Shown here: positions 1-8,946 of the stretch, piece after piece
Layout of the letters: every line of letters starts with the position of its first letter
Position numbering within the stretch: position 1 is the first letter of the stretch
Source: a virus
Lineage: Duplodnaviria; Caudoviricetes
Direction: 5' to 3' (one strand)
IMG/VR virus record: IMGVR_UViG_3300025138_000048
Location: 1-56,054 of that record
DNA: 56,054 nucleotides
The notes under the pieces: generated by a model
What the model saw: the letters and a program-made list of their open reading frames with translations, nothing else
Told to the model about the DNA's origin: nothing
Database searches by the model: none
Translations under genes and position numbers: made by a program

Positions 1-149
1 AGGAGCAAAATGAACCGTGTCACTATGAAAAGGTTGGTAAATATTATATTGTCTATAGAACACGTGATAAAAAAGTAATGAAAAATATTAATTACTATAG
101 ACCAAATTTAAAGCAATTTTTTACAGAAGAAGAATTAAAAAATGTATAA
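1..149 (+). CDS. C-terminal fragment of upstream gene, possibly a MazG/PRA-PH-like nucleotide pyrophosphohydrolase
   Basis: Open frame from nt 3 to TAA at 147-149 (...YRTRDKKVMKNINYYRPNL...), resembling the R-x-D-x-K-V-x-K-x3-Y-x2-P-x-L tail of phage NTP-PPases; truncated by the window edge. Confidence 0.45.
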   Translation, partial: EQNEPCHYEKVGKYYIVYRTRDKKVMKNINYYRPNLKQFFTEEELKNV

Positions 150-1824
150 AAAGGCATTTGCACGACGTCTTAAAGATAATAAGTTTTTAATACATTTATG
201 GGAAGATAAAGGTTATTCTAAGATAGAATGGGATAATCAAGCTTACATAGAATGTCATGAAGCTGATGCTCAGTTTAATGGGTTAAATGGAGAACCTTTA
301 AAAAGAATTAAAAGTTGGAGGTCAGATAATCCAAAACTCCATTTTCACGATATGCCTGCTTATCAAAAATTCTTAGTTGAAAAATATGGGATTAATGATG
401 AACCCTCTACTACACATAGAGAAATATTTTTTGATATTGAAACTGAAATGGGGGACGCTCTTACTGAAGAATATATTAAATCAGCACCTAAAAAAGTAAC
501 ATCAATAGCATGGTATGATAAACAAGTAGATTTATGGGGTATTGTAATTCTTGATCCTAAAGGTCAATTAGAACATACTAAAGCTAAAAACAAAGAAATT
601 ATACCTTGTAAAACAGAAGAAGAACTATTAGGTAAGTTTTTAGAAAAATTTAGAGATATTGATCCTGATATTATTGTAGGATGGAATAGTGATTATTTTG
701 ATGTCCCTTATTTATATTACAGAATGTGTAATGTGTTAGGTGAAGATTTTGCCAAACATTTATCTCCTATAGGATATGTAAGAGAAACTCCATGGTTTAA
801 AGATCAATACATACAAATTTGTGGTGTTGAATCCTTAGATTATATGCGTTTACATAAGAAATTTAGTTGGGCAGATGAACCTTCAATGAGATTAGATGCT
901 ATTGGAGAAAAATATGTTGGGATGAATAAAATAGAATATGAAGGTAATCTTGATGCTTTATTTGAAACTGATATTCATAAGTTTATTAAGTATAATTTTG
1001 TTGATGTTGAAATTCTTAAAAAATTAGATGAAAAATTAGATTATTTAGCACTTGTAAAAAATCTATCTCATAAAGGAAAACATAATTATAGTGAAGTATA
1101 TGCTAATACTAAAACACAAGATGGAGCTATTTCAGCTTATTTATTAAGTAAAGGAATTATACCACCTGCTAAGGATAGAAATCCAATGTCTAAAAAAGGA
1201 TATGCTGGTGGTTATTTATTTTGTCCTAAAGCAGGAATTTATAATTATGTGTTTGATGAAGATTTAACTTCACTATACCCATCAATTATTATGACTGTTA
1301 ATATTGGTAAAGAAACTATGGTTGGTAGAATTATAGATGCTGATGATAGAAATAATCGTTTGGGGTTAAATGATTTAAAGTGTAGAGATTATGCTGAAGA
1401 AGTTATTGTTGAAAATATTAAAAGAAATAGAACTAAAGTTAGTATAGGTAGAATAGTTAAAATGGTAGAAGGAAATAATTTATCAATATCAGCAAATGGT
1501 GTTATGTTTAATACAGATCGTGAGTCAGTATTATCAACTATCTTAAAAAAATGGTTTGATGAAAGAGTTATATATAAGGGTAAAATGCAAAAAGCATTTA
1601 AATCAGGGGATAAAGAATTAGGTGCTGCTTATTATATGAAACAATATACTATGAAAATTTTACTTAATTCGTTATATGGTGCTACAGCATTGGGTAGTTT
1701 CAGGTATGGCAACGTTATATTATCTGAAGCTATAACGCTTAGTGGACAACGTATAATACAGGAATCCGCATTAACAGCAAACAGACATATGAATAAAGTA
1801 ATTAGAGAAGAAATTACATTATGA
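142..1824 (+). CDS. Family B DNA polymerase, N-terminal subunit (3'-5' exonuclease + motifs A and B)
   Basis: ExoI FFDIETE, ExoII WNSDYFDVPY, ExoIII YNFVDV, motif A DLTSLYPSII, motif B KILLNSLYG. Confidence 0.95.
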   Translation: MYKKAFARRLKDNKFLIHLWEDKGYSKIEWDNQAYIECHEADAQFNGLNGEPLKRIKSWRSDNPKLHFHDMPAYQKFLVEKYGINDEPSTTHREIFFDIETEMGDALTEEYIKSAPKKVTSIAWYDKQVDLWGIVILDPKGQLEHTKAKNKEIIPCKTEEELLGKFLEKFRDIDPDIIVGWNSDYFDVPYLYYRMCNVLGEDFAKHLSPIGYVRETPWFKDQYIQICGVESLDYMRLHKKFSWADEPSMRLDAIGEKYVGMNKIEYEGNLDALFETDIHKFIKYNFVDVEILKKLDEKLDYLALVKNLSHKGKHNYSEVYANTKTQDGAISAYLLSKGIIPPAKDRNPMSKKGYAGGYLFCPKAGIYNYVFDEDLTSLYPSIIMTVNIGKETMVGRIIDADDRNNRLGLNDLKCRDYAEEVIVENIKRNRTKVSIGRIVKMVEGNNLSISANGVMFNTDRESVLSTILKKWFDERVIYKGKMQKAFKSGDKELGAAYYMKQYTMKILLNSLYGATALGSFRYGNVILSEAITLSGQRIIQESALTANRHMNKVIREEITL

Positions 1825-2753
1825 AACATTTAGAAGATACTCCATGGTGGATTTGTGATCCTAAAGATAAAAATTATGTAGCATACTCTGATACAGATTC
1901 TATCTATATTCATGCTGAACCTTTACTTAGACATTTATACCCAACATTTGATGAAATGCCTAGTGAAGAAAGGGATGATAAATTAGAAGAAATTGCCTTA
2001 AAATATCAAGATATTATAACAGATTCTTATGGTACATTAGCAGCAGATTGTTTTAATGCTAAAGGAAAGCATAGATTAGAAATGAAAACAGAGTGTGTAA
2101 TTAGATCAGCCTATTTTAGAGCTACAAGACGTTATGCACAATGGATTACAAAACAAGAAGGTATAACAAAAGAAACACTAGATGTTAAAGGGTTAGAATT
2201 TAAAAAAGCTAATTTTCCTCCTGTATTAGGTGATTTTTTTAGAAAAGCATTAATTGATGTTTTAAAAGGAGCAGAACAAAGTGAAATTGATGATAGATTA
2301 AAATTATTTAAAACTCAAATACTAGATGGAACTATTCCATTAACAAAATTAGGAAATCCAACATCTGTAAAAAAATTAAACAAATATACAGAACGTAAAG
2401 CTAGAGCTGGAGAAATGTTTTCAATTATGGCTAAGGGTGCTCCAGCAGCAGTTAAAGCTACAGTGGTTTATAATGATTTATTAAAGTTTTGGGGGTTACA
2501 TAAAGAACATAGCTATATAACTCAAGGTAGTAAAGTAAAATGGATTTATATGAGATCAAATCCATACCAAATTGATGCTATTGCTTTTTTAGATTATGAT
2601 TTACCAGAAAAGATTCGTATATTCATTGAGCAATATGCAGATAGGAAAAAAATATTTGAGTCCATATTATTAAATAAATTAGAAGGATTTTATAATGATT
2701 TAGGTTGGACCCTAAATTTAAATCCATACCAAAAAATGTTTTTTAACATATGA
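1821..2753 (+). CDS. Family B DNA polymerase, C-terminal subunit (motif C + thumb)
   Basis: YSDTDS catalytic motif, RRYA, VKGLE; ATGA overlap with the upstream half. Confidence 0.93.
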   Translation: MKHLEDTPWWICDPKDKNYVAYSDTDSIYIHAEPLLRHLYPTFDEMPSEERDDKLEEIALKYQDIITDSYGTLAADCFNAKGKHRLEMKTECVIRSAYFRATRRYAQWITKQEGITKETLDVKGLEFKKANFPPVLGDFFRKALIDVLKGAEQSEIDDRLKLFKTQILDGTIPLTKLGNPTSVKKLNKYTERKARAGEMFSIMAKGAPAAVKATVVYNDLLKFWGLHKEHSYITQGSKVKWIYMRSNPYQIDAIAFLDYDLPEKIRIFIEQYADRKKIFESILLNKLEGFYNDLGWTLNLNPYQKMFFNI

Positions 2754-3484
2754 TAAATAAAGCAATAATACAATCAGTAATTAACAAATATTATTTAAAT
2801 GTTAATGAAGCCGTAAAATGGGTAATTGAAGACAATCAATTAAAAATTGATTTTATGTCCCCTACAAAAGATATTATCGGAAAATTAATATGTAATGATT
2901 TTCAATTAGAAGATAGTATATTAGCTATTTATGACACTAAAAAGTTAAATAGTTTAATTAGTATATGTAATGGTGACTTACTTCTAGAATTAGAAAAATC
3001 CAATAAAATATTTACTAAACTAAAAATATCAGATTTAAATTTTAATTTAACATATGCATTATCAGATGCATTATTAATTGGTAAAGTTGGTACAGTAAAT
3101 ATGCCTGAATTTGTAGTTAAATTAAATCTAACTACAGAAGATATTGATAATTTAATTAAAGCAAAAAGTGCATTATCCCAAATAGATAATATGTTAATAA
3201 CAACAACTACTAATTTAGATGGAGAAAATGTTTGTGAATTTATATTTGGTGATGAATCGGGTCATAATAATAAAATTACATACCAAATAATGGGGGAAAT
3301 TACAGAGCAAGATTTAAAAATACCATTTAATTCAGATACATTTAAAACAATTCTTCATGCTAATAAAGATATGGAAGAAGGTACTTTAAATATTAGTACT
3401 ATGGGATTAATTGAAATGAAGTTTAAAACAGACACAATTTCATCAGAATATTTTATGGTAAGAAAAGCAGAAACTGATTTTTAA
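2750..3484 (+). CDS. Putative DNA sliding clamp (T4 gp45/PCNA-like)
   Basis: 244 aa, beta-rich pattern, directly after the polymerase and close to clamp loader genes. Confidence 0.7.
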   Translation: MINKAIIQSVINKYYLNVNEAVKWVIEDNQLKIDFMSPTKDIIGKLICNDFQLEDSILAIYDTKKLNSLISICNGDLLLELEKSNKIFTKLKISDLNFNLTYALSDALLIGKVGTVNMPEFVVKLNLTTEDIDNLIKAKSALSQIDNMLITTTTNLDGENVCEFIFGDESGHNNKITYQIMGEITEQDLKIPFNSDTFKTILHANKDMEEGTLNISTMGLIEMKFKTDTISSEYFMVRKAETDF

Positions 3485-3485
3485 T

Positions 3486-3496
3486 ATATGTATAAC
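3486..3496 (+). promoter_or_regulatory. Candidate late-type promoter ATAT(G/T)TATA upstream of hsp20
   Basis: ATATGTATAAC; the motif recurs in about 10 intergenic positions just upstream of genes. Confidence 0.5.
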
Positions 3497-3575
3497 AAAA
3501 TAAACTGACCTAAGGGCGTAAGTTTTTTATTTATTTATTAACCGCTGATCTAACGACAGCATAAAACAAAGTGAT

Positions 3576-3995
3576 ATGAGTACACATTTTTTAGAGAGAT
3601 CATACCATCCATTTGATCTATTATTTCGAAACCTGTTTGAAGCAGGAACAACTTTCACACCGGCTACAGAAGCCAAACAACAATATCCAATCAATATATT
3701 TGAAGATGATTTAGGTCTAACTTTTGAGTTAGCTTGCACTGGCATCCCTAAAGATGCTATTGAAGTTAAGTTAGAAGGAGACATGATTACCTTTACTTAT
3801 GATAAGGATACAACACCAGATCCTAAAAGGAATTATATTCATAGAGGGATTGCAAAACGTTCTTTTAATTTAGCTTATAAATTAGGAACTAAATTTACAC
3901 CAAATAAAGCAAGTGCTAATTTTAATGATGGTTTGTTAATAGTAACAGTACCATTTGCTAAAGAAGCTGCGCCTAAAGTTTTGAAAATTAATTAA
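3576..3995 (+). CDS. Small heat shock protein (Hsp20/alpha-crystallin)
   Basis: YPINI, HRGIAKRSF, A-x-F-x-DGLL-x-V-x-VP and a C-terminal L-K-I (IxI-like) motif. Confidence 0.93.
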   Translation: MSTHFLERSYHPFDLLFRNLFEAGTTFTPATEAKQQYPINIFEDDLGLTFELACTGIPKDAIEVKLEGDMITFTYDKDTTPDPKRNYIHRGIAKRSFNLAYKLGTKFTPNKASANFNDGLLIVTVPFAKEAAPKVLKIN

Positions 3996-4023
3996 TTATT
4001 TTTAACCTAAGTTCGCCCTTTAG

Positions 4024-4053
4024 GTTGGATTATTTAATTAAATTTCGTATATT
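4024..4053 (+). promoter_or_regulatory. Bacteroidota sigma-A-type promoter (TTGG-N15-TTCGTATATT)
   Basis: GTTGG at 4024 and TTCGTATATT at 4044; same spacing as more than 10 other copies. Confidence 0.7.
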
Positions 4054-4078
4054 ACGGTAAACAAAAATAAAAAGTTAT

Positions 4079-4375
4079 ATGGCAAAGATTACAGACCCAC
4101 TCTTACACCCCTATTTTGTAGGGAAGGATACACATTGTTATACTGTGTATGAAATAGTAACCCCACAAGCTAAATATTTAGAAGAAGGTAGTGAAGGTAA
4201 GGATTATGAAAAACCTCAAGGACATTATTCTTCTTTTGGTGCTGCTTTACAAAAAATAGCAAAAGAAAAACTTCATAATGAAAAAGATCATTATACTAGT
4301 ATTAAACAATATGTAGAAAGATGGGAAGAATTATTAACCGAATTAAAAAAATTACAAAATTATAAAGGACTATGA
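4079..4375 (+). CDS. Hypothetical protein
   Basis: 98-aa ORF, overlaps the groES start. Confidence 0.7.
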   Translation: MAKITDPLLHPYFVGKDTHCYTVYEIVTPQAKYLEEGSEGKDYEKPQGHYSSFGAALQKIAKEKLHNEKDHYTSIKQYVERWEELLTELKKLQNYKGL

Positions 4376-4773
4376 ATTTAGAAGCACTATTTAACGCAGT
4401 TATTGTAAAACCTCTTGAAGTAGAGGAAGCAAAGTATGGATCAATTGTTGTACCAGATATTGGTAAAGACAAAAATGAACATGGAGAAGTTATAGCAGTA
4501 GGACCAGGTCAACATACAATATCAGGAACTTTTATTCATACTATTAGTAAAATAGGTGATATTGTTGTTTTACCTACACAAGGTTTTACAAAATTAGAAC
4601 ATGAAGGTGAAGATTATTATGTTGGGCCTGAAAATCAAATTTTAGCGAAAGTTAAAAAAGTAGTAGATGTTGAAGATATACTATCTGAAACAGACCCACT
4701 TACAGAATCAGAATTAATAAGTGAAGAAGAATTTAATAAGTTAGAAACTAAAGAAAAAACAGATAATGAATAA
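4372..4773 (+). CDS. groES: Co-chaperonin GroES with acidic C-terminal extension
   Basis: GSIVVPD mobile loop, GEVIAVGPG, KIGDIV, ENQILA; precedes groEL. Confidence 0.9.
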   Translation: MNLEALFNAVIVKPLEVEEAKYGSIVVPDIGKDKNEHGEVIAVGPGQHTISGTFIHTISKIGDIVVLPTQGFTKLEHEGEDYYVGPENQILAKVKKVVDVEDILSETDPLTESELISEEEFNKLETKEKTDNE

Positions 4774-6406
4774 AATTATAGAATTTGGCCCTGAAGGGAG
4801 AAAAAAATTAGTACAAGGTATTGATACTTTAGCTGATGCTGTTGTGTCAACGTTAGGACCTAATGGTAGAAATGTTGTTATTGAAAAAGAACATGGACAA
4901 GCACAATCTACTAAAGATGGTGTAACTGTAGCAAGACAAATTTCACTTAAAGACCCAGTTGAAAATTTAGGTGTAAATTTAGTTAAAGAAGCATCAATAA
5001 AAACAGCAGATAAAGCAGGTGATGGTACAACAACATCTACTTTATTAGCAAGAGAAATGATTAAAAGTGGTCTTAGTCATTTAAATAATGGGGCTAATGC
5101 TGTTGAAATTAAAAGAGAAATTGATAAAGCAGTCAAATCTATTGTTGGTGAGCTTCAAAGTAAAGTATCTGAAGATATATCAGAAGAGGGACAATTGGAA
5201 CAAGTAGCAACAATTTCAGCAAATAATGATCCTGAAGTTGGTAAACTTATAGCTACTGCAATTGAAAAGGTAGGTCATGAAGGAGTTGTTCATATTGAAG
5301 AAAGTAAATCAGGAGATACTTATCTTGAAACTGTGGAAGGTATGCAATTTGATAGAGGATATAAATCCCATTTCTTTGTAACTAATAATAGTACAATGAC
5401 TTCTACTTTAGAAGATGTTTCAATTCTTATTGTAGATCAAAAATTAACAGCAGTAAAAGAGTTACTTCCAATTTTAGAAAGTACAGCATCTCAAAATAAA
5501 TCATTATTAATTATAGCAGAAGATATTGATAATGAAGCATTAGCAACTTTAATTGTTAATAAGGGAAGAGGTACTATTAAAGCTTGTGCAGTAAAAGCAC
5601 CTGATTTTGGTGATAGAAGAAAATTAATATTAGAAGATATAGCTACTATTACTGGTGGTACTGTTTTTTCTAAAGAAAAAGGTCATAAATGGGATAAATT
5701 CCAACATGATTGGTTTGGTCAAGCTCGTACAGTTACAATTACTAAAGATAAAACAACTATTATTGATGGGAAAGGTAATGAAGATTTAGTAAATCAAAGA
5801 ATTGATGATCTAACAGCTCAAATTGAAGCAGCAGAAAGTGAGTTTGAAAGAGAACAATTACAAAGTAGGCTAGCTAGATTATGTGGTGGTGTTTCTATAA
5901 TTCATGTAGGTGGGTATACTGAAACTGAAATGAATGAAAAGAAAGATAGAGTAGATGATGCGTTACATGCAACTAAAGCAGCAATTGAAGAAGGAATTGT
6001 TCCTGGAGGTGGAGCTGCACTATTATATGCAAGAGAAATATTACCAGTTACAGATAAATGTAACCAAAATATAGGATCAGACATTGTATATAAAGCATGT
6101 GGGAAACCATTTGAACAAATACTTATAAATGCAGGGCATAATGCAGTTCAAGCCCAAATGGTAGGTAAGTATAGATTAGTTGATTCTGGAAATAATATGT
6201 GGGCAGGATATAATATTAAAACTGATGAAGTAGTTGATATGAAAGAAGCTGGAATTATTGATCCAACTAAAGTAACTAGGGTAGCATTAGAAAATGCAGC
6301 AGCTGTAGCTGGAACTGTATTACTTACAGAATGTATAGTAGTAAATGAACCTACAGATGAAAAACCACAACCACAAATAGATCCATCATCAATGATGGGA
6401 ATGTAA
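4766..6406 (+). CDS. groEL: Chaperonin GroEL
   Basis: TLGPNGRNV, TKDGVTVA, AGDGTTT, GMQFDRGY, KAPDFGDRRK, IVPGGG, IIDPTKV. Confidence 0.98.
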   Translation: MNKIIEFGPEGRKKLVQGIDTLADAVVSTLGPNGRNVVIEKEHGQAQSTKDGVTVARQISLKDPVENLGVNLVKEASIKTADKAGDGTTTSTLLAREMIKSGLSHLNNGANAVEIKREIDKAVKSIVGELQSKVSEDISEEGQLEQVATISANNDPEVGKLIATAIEKVGHEGVVHIEESKSGDTYLETVEGMQFDRGYKSHFFVTNNSTMTSTLEDVSILIVDQKLTAVKELLPILESTASQNKSLLIIAEDIDNEALATLIVNKGRGTIKACAVKAPDFGDRRKLILEDIATITGGTVFSKEKGHKWDKFQHDWFGQARTVTITKDKTTIIDGKGNEDLVNQRIDDLTAQIEAAESEFEREQLQSRLARLCGGVSIIHVGGYTETEMNEKKDRVDDALHATKAAIEEGIVPGGGAALLYAREILPVTDKCNQNIGSDIVYKACGKPFEQILINAGHNAVQAQMVGKYRLVDSGNNMWAGYNIKTDEVVDMKEAGIIDPTKVTRVALENAAAVAGTVLLTECIVVNEPTDEKPQPQIDPSSMMGM

Positions 6407-6407
6407 T

Positions 6408-6680
6408 ATGGAAACAGTAATTAATGAACATAATGAGTTGATCGCAACAAGAGTACCACCTGGAGACAGGTGGAAACTCGTTGTTGATCCTAAAAAACAA
6501 GTATATCCTACTTTAACAGAAACTTTAGAGGCATATTTGGGTAAAACAGGATTTAAAGGAGAGTATAGATTAGACCCTATGGGGAGTAAATTATATGCTA
6601 TTCATGCAACTGAGGAAGAAATAGCTCCAAAAGAAGAAAAAATGTATTCATTGTATGGTGAATTTAGACAGGGAGCTTAA
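6408..6680 (+). CDS. Hypothetical protein
   Basis: 90-aa ORF directly after groEL. Confidence 0.7.
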   Translation: METVINEHNELIATRVPPGDRWKLVVDPKKQVYPTLTETLEAYLGKTGFKGEYRLDPMGSKLYAIHATEEEIAPKEEKMYSLYGEFRQGA

Positions 6681-6681
6681 G

Positions 6682-6712
6682 CTTGGAGAATTAATAAAAG
6701 TTTTGTATATTT
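6682..6712 (+). promoter_or_regulatory. Sigma-A-type promoter variant upstream of clamp loader
   Basis: CTTGG(6682)...TTTGTATATTT(6702), conserved spacing. Confidence 0.55.
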
Positions 6713-6717
6713 AAGTT

Positions 6718-7626
6718 ATGAAAGATCACGGATTATTAGTAGAAAAATATCGCCCTACAAATATTGACAATTATGTGGGGAATGCAAATATTAAAAAATC
6801 AATATCAAATTATATAAACCAAAATGATATTCAAAATTTAATATTTTATGGACCAGCAGGAACTGGTAAAACTACATTAGCAAAATTAATTGTAAAAAAT
6901 ATAGAATGTGACCATTTATATATTAATGCCTCTGATGAAAGAGGTATAGAAACAATTAGAGATAAAGTATCTGGATTTGCCAGTACTATGTCTTTTAAAC
7001 CTCTTAAAGTTGTTATATTAGATGAAGCAGATTTTTTAACCATACAAGCCCAAGCATCTTTAAGAAATGTAATTGAAACTTTTTCAAGAACTACACGCTT
7101 TATATTAACTTGTAATTTTGTTGAACGTATTATAGATCCTTTACAATCAAGGTGTCAAACATTAAAAATAGTTCCACCTAGTAAATTAGACATTGTTAAT
7201 CATTTAAAGAAAATTACTGATAAGGAAAAAATTAAAGTTAATGTAAATGATTTAGCTATAACAGTTAATAATAATTACCCTGACGTTCGTAAAATGCTTA
7301 ATATTATACAGTTATCTACGCAAGATAACGTATTAAAATTAGATAATACTGTATTAGTATCAAATAATTATATGAAAAAAGTATTAGATGAGTTAACTAA
7401 TACAAAACCAAATTTTAATACAATTAGACAAATAATAGCTAATTCTAATGTTAAAGATTTTGAAGAATTATATAGGTATCTTTATGATAATTCTCATATA
7501 TTTGCTTTAAATAAAGAAGGAATGGTAGCATACCATATTAATGAGTATTCTTATCAATCTAATTTTAGAATAGACAAAGAAATTAACTGTATGGCTTTGA
7601 TCCATCAATTAATAACCAATAAATAA
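6718..7626 (+). CDS. Clamp loader AAA+ ATPase (RFC small subunit / T4 gp44-like)
   Basis: VEKYRP, Walker A GPAGTGKT, NASDERGI, Walker B ILDEAD, LQSRC. Confidence 0.95.
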   Translation: MKDHGLLVEKYRPTNIDNYVGNANIKKSISNYINQNDIQNLIFYGPAGTGKTTLAKLIVKNIECDHLYINASDERGIETIRDKVSGFASTMSFKPLKVVILDEADFLTIQAQASLRNVIETFSRTTRFILTCNFVERIIDPLQSRCQTLKIVPPSKLDIVNHLKKITDKEKIKVNVNDLAITVNNNYPDVRKMLNIIQLSTQDNVLKLDNTVLVSNNYMKKVLDELTNTKPNFNTIRQIIANSNVKDFEELYRYLYDNSHIFALNKEGMVAYHINEYSYQSNFRIDKEINCMALIHQLITNK

Positions 7627-7654
7627 ATAAATTAATCAATTAAACTAAACAAAA

Positions 7655-7897
7655 ATGAGTGAACAAGTACAACAACCACAAGTAGACTTAAAAAGCACTA
7701 CTGGATTTGAAGATGAAAACGGAAATAAAATTTTCCAACAAGGGTATATTCTTAGGAAAGTATCTAAATTTGTTGCAGGTACAAACGAAGACGCTATTAT
7801 GCCTATTCCAGTATTTTTTGAACCATCAACAAATAAAATTGTAGGATCTACATTACACCCGGATTTAAAAGAAGAATATAAGAATGACTGTATTTAA
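7655..7897 (+). CDS. Hypothetical protein
   Basis: 80-aa ORF in the replication cluster. Confidence 0.65.
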   Translation: MSEQVQQPQVDLKSTTGFEDENGNKIFQQGYILRKVSKFVAGTNEDAIMPIPVFFEPSTNKIVGSTLHPDLKEEYKNDCI

Positions 7898-8300
7898 TTG
7901 GTTAAATGAAATTACTGTTAAGAAATCTCCAACATCCTACTTTTCTCAAAAAGATTGGGATGATTGGAATTCTTATATGGTTCATAGATTTTTATCTATG
8001 AATATAAGTTATATTGACATAGTTAATATTGCTCAAAAATTTCACCCAACTGATAAAAAAGGTATTTATAATTTTTATAAAGAATATTTACCTAAGAAAA
8101 AAATATGGAATAAATATATTAAAAACCAAAATAAAAAAGATATAAAAGATTTATCTAAAATAATAGCTGATTATTTAAAAATTGGATTTAATGAAGCTGG
8201 TTCGTATATTCCCCTATTAGGGAAAAACGAAATTAAAGAAATATTAATTAGTATAGGATTAGAAGATAAAACTATTAAAAAACTATTAAAAACAATATGA
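7884..8300 (+). CDS. Putative clamp loader small subunit (T4 gp62-like)
   Basis: F-x-WLN-x-I, YMVHRFLSM, Y-x-FY-x3-LPKK pattern; near the gp44-like gene. Confidence 0.6.
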   Translation: MTVFNWLNEITVKKSPTSYFSQKDWDDWNSYMVHRFLSMNISYIDIVNIAQKFHPTDKKGIYNFYKEYLPKKKIWNKYIKNQNKKDIKDLSKIIADYLKIGFNEAGSYIPLLGKNEIKEILISIGLEDKTIKKLLKTI

Positions 8301-8524
8301 AACCAGAATTATTTAAAATGTTAAAAGATATGGCAGAAGCCCAAAAATCAAAAGCATTATTAACCTTAAACTTATTATCAGAACACCCTGCAGGAATTGG
8401 CGATCATTCAACAGAAGATTTTTATCAAAATGCTGATGAAGCTTTAACTATGCTAGTTGATGCTGATGATAAATTAGAAACATTAAAAAAATATTTTTCA
8501 CCAAAAAATAAAGTAGTAAAATGA
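8297..8524 (+). CDS. Hypothetical protein
   Basis: 75-aa ORF with HPAGIGDHS; ATGA-coupled. Confidence 0.7.
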   Translation: MKPELFKMLKDMAEAQKSKALLTLNLLSEHPAGIGDHSTEDFYQNADEALTMLVDADDKLETLKKYFSPKNKVVK

Positions 8525-8943
8525 GTGACATAATTAAAAAATATGAAGAGGAGATGAGTGATATTAATTCTACCACTGTAAAAAATATTAAGGGTAAATT
8601 ATCTAAAACTGATGTAGAAATAAAGTTTGAGGAAGAATATCCAATATTAGCAGAGGAATTTAAAAACATTCAAGATGAAATGTATAAAATGTTTGCAGCT
8701 AAACATATGGATTATGGCTTACAAAACATTTCATTAGGTGGTGATTTATCAAATAAAAATGATAAATTATATTCATTAACAGGTTTAGCTATTAGATTAA
8801 CAGATAAAATTTCAAGATTAAGAAATTTGTTAATAAATGGTAAAAATTATGTTAAAGGAGAAGGTATGGAAGATACATTTATTGATGTAGCTAATTACGG
8901 AATAATTGGTATGTTAGTAGGTCGTAATAAATGGAAAAAATAG
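8521..8943 (+). CDS. DUF1599-like (nucleotide-modification-associated) protein
   Basis: KHMDYG, IRLTDKISRL, EDTFIDVANYGII. Confidence 0.75.
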   Translation: MSDIIKKYEEEMSDINSTTVKNIKGKLSKTDVEIKFEEEYPILAEEFKNIQDEMYKMFAAKHMDYGLQNISLGGDLSNKNDKLYSLTGLAIRLTDKISRLRNLLINGKNYVKGEGMEDTFIDVANYGIIGMLVGRNKWKK

Positions 8944-8946
8944 ATC

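Noticed and set aside
1790-1830. Intein, intron or programmed frameshift at the polymerase split
   Set aside because: No intervening sequence, no splice or intein motifs, no slippery site; the ATGA overlap matches the coupling used throughout the window
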